In this document: piece by piece, positions 63,535 to 64,000 of the stretch | Numbering within the stretch: position 1 is the stretch's first letter | How the letters are laid out: each line of letters starts with the position of its first letter | Assembly (NCBI GenBank): GCA_041394745.1 | Contig: JAWKHP010000014.1 | Span: 21,562 to 85,561 of the forward strand | Length of the DNA: 64,000 bases | Direction: 5' to 3' | From: Thermoanaerobaculia bacterium | Lineage (GTDB): Bacteria > Acidobacteriota > Thermoanaerobaculia > Multivoradales > JAHEKO01 | The notes under the pieces: generated by a model | What the model was told of the DNA's origin: nothing | What the model saw: only the letters and a program-made list of their open reading frames with translations | Databases searched by the model: none | Position numbers and translations under genes: made by a program

Positions 63535-64000
63535 ATGCTCTTTCGCCAGATCGCCGACGACAAGCTCTCCCAGTACGCCTACCTCATCGGCTGCCAGAAG
63601 ACCGGCGAGGCGCTGCTGGTCGATCCTCAGCGGGACGTCGACCGCTATCTCGAGGCGGCGGTGCGGGAGGGGCTCAGGATCGCGGCGGTGACCGAGACCC
63701 ACATCCACGCCGACTTCCTCTCCGGCGTGCGGGAGGTGGCGCACCGACTGCCTGAGGCGACCGTCTACCTCTCCGCCGAGGGGGGCGAGGAGTGGTCGTA
63801 CCGGTGGGCCGCCGAGCTCGGGGGGCGGGCGCGCCTGCTCGGGGACGGCGATCGTTTCGAGGTCGGCCGGATCGGCATCGAGGCCGTTCACAGCCCCGGG
63901 CATACGCCCGAGCACCTCGCCTTCCTCGTCGTCGACGGCGGACGGGGCGGCAGCGAGCCGATGGGGATGGCGAGCGGGGACTTCGTCTTCGTCGGCGACC
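63535..64000 (+). CDS. MBL-fold metallo-hydrolase (glyoxalase II / persulfide dioxygenase-like), 3'-truncated at the window edge.
   Basis: Not in the ORF track because there is no stop before the edge. ATG at 63535 follows GCAGGAGGA. MLFRQIADDKLSQYAYLIGC..., metal motif TETHIHADF, later HSPGHTPEH. Confidence 0.85.
   Translation, partial: MLFRQIADDKLSQYAYLIGCQKTGEALLVDPQRDVDRYLEAAVREGLRIAAVTETHIHADFLSGVREVAHRLPEATVYLSAEGGEEWSYRWAAELGGRARLLGDGDRFEVGRIGIEAVHSPGHTPEHLAFLVVDGGRGGSEPMGMASGDFVFVGD

Overview
Very GC-rich bacterial chromosomal window, densely coding on both strands. I saw no rRNA, tRNA, CRISPR array, transposase or integrase. I resolve about 45 genes. The gene content points to an Acidobacteriota-like organism (inference only): an ADOP-type duplicated orphan permease, many signal-peptide or lipoprotein repeat proteins, and two ECF sigma modules.

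Main blocks, in order:
- A 5'-truncated surface repeat protein.
- A DtxR-FeoA fusion gene translationally coupled to feoB.
- An lgt / lipoprotein / secreted-protein operon.
- An aspartyl protease / ECF sigma / membrane protein unit.
- A gene of about 1370 codons for a sialidase-like propeller fused to a C25 (gingipain-like) peptidase.
- A CarboxypepD_reg repeat protein.
- A SWIM-SNF2 helicase.
- An ornithine cyclodeaminase / threonine-dehydratase-like pair.
- DUF885, an ABC exporter, and a VapBC-like toxin-antitoxin pair.
- A GT39/TPR glycosyltransferase followed by three secreted enzymes (BNR/sortilin-like, PQQ-propeller, S10 carboxypeptidase).
- A CarH/LitR-like regulator divergent from a carotenoid cluster (desaturase, ALDH, desaturase, acyltransferase, glycosyltransferase).
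- A receiver/PEP-binding protein, gdhA, an ECF sigma / anti-sigma / DUF4252 operon, ybgA-like, a GT2-like gene and an MBL-fold hydrolase running off the 3' edge.

About one third of the genes are broken by single-base indels, and one by a nonsense codon. The breaks are strongly clustered, and 45.4-52.4 kb is almost continuously frameshifted. Consensus error cannot be separated from real gene decay using the sequence alone.

Most interesting observations:
1. A conserved extreme C-terminal tag, LFxDGFESGD(T/A)SAW(T/S)TxxP, on three large secreted proteins.
2. The regulator-linked, C30-type-looking carotenoid glycosyl-ester cluster.
3. The giant C25 fusion lipoprotein.
4. An AT-rich palindrome upstream of the feo operon.

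All family assignments come from reading motifs in the ORF translations. No database search was run.
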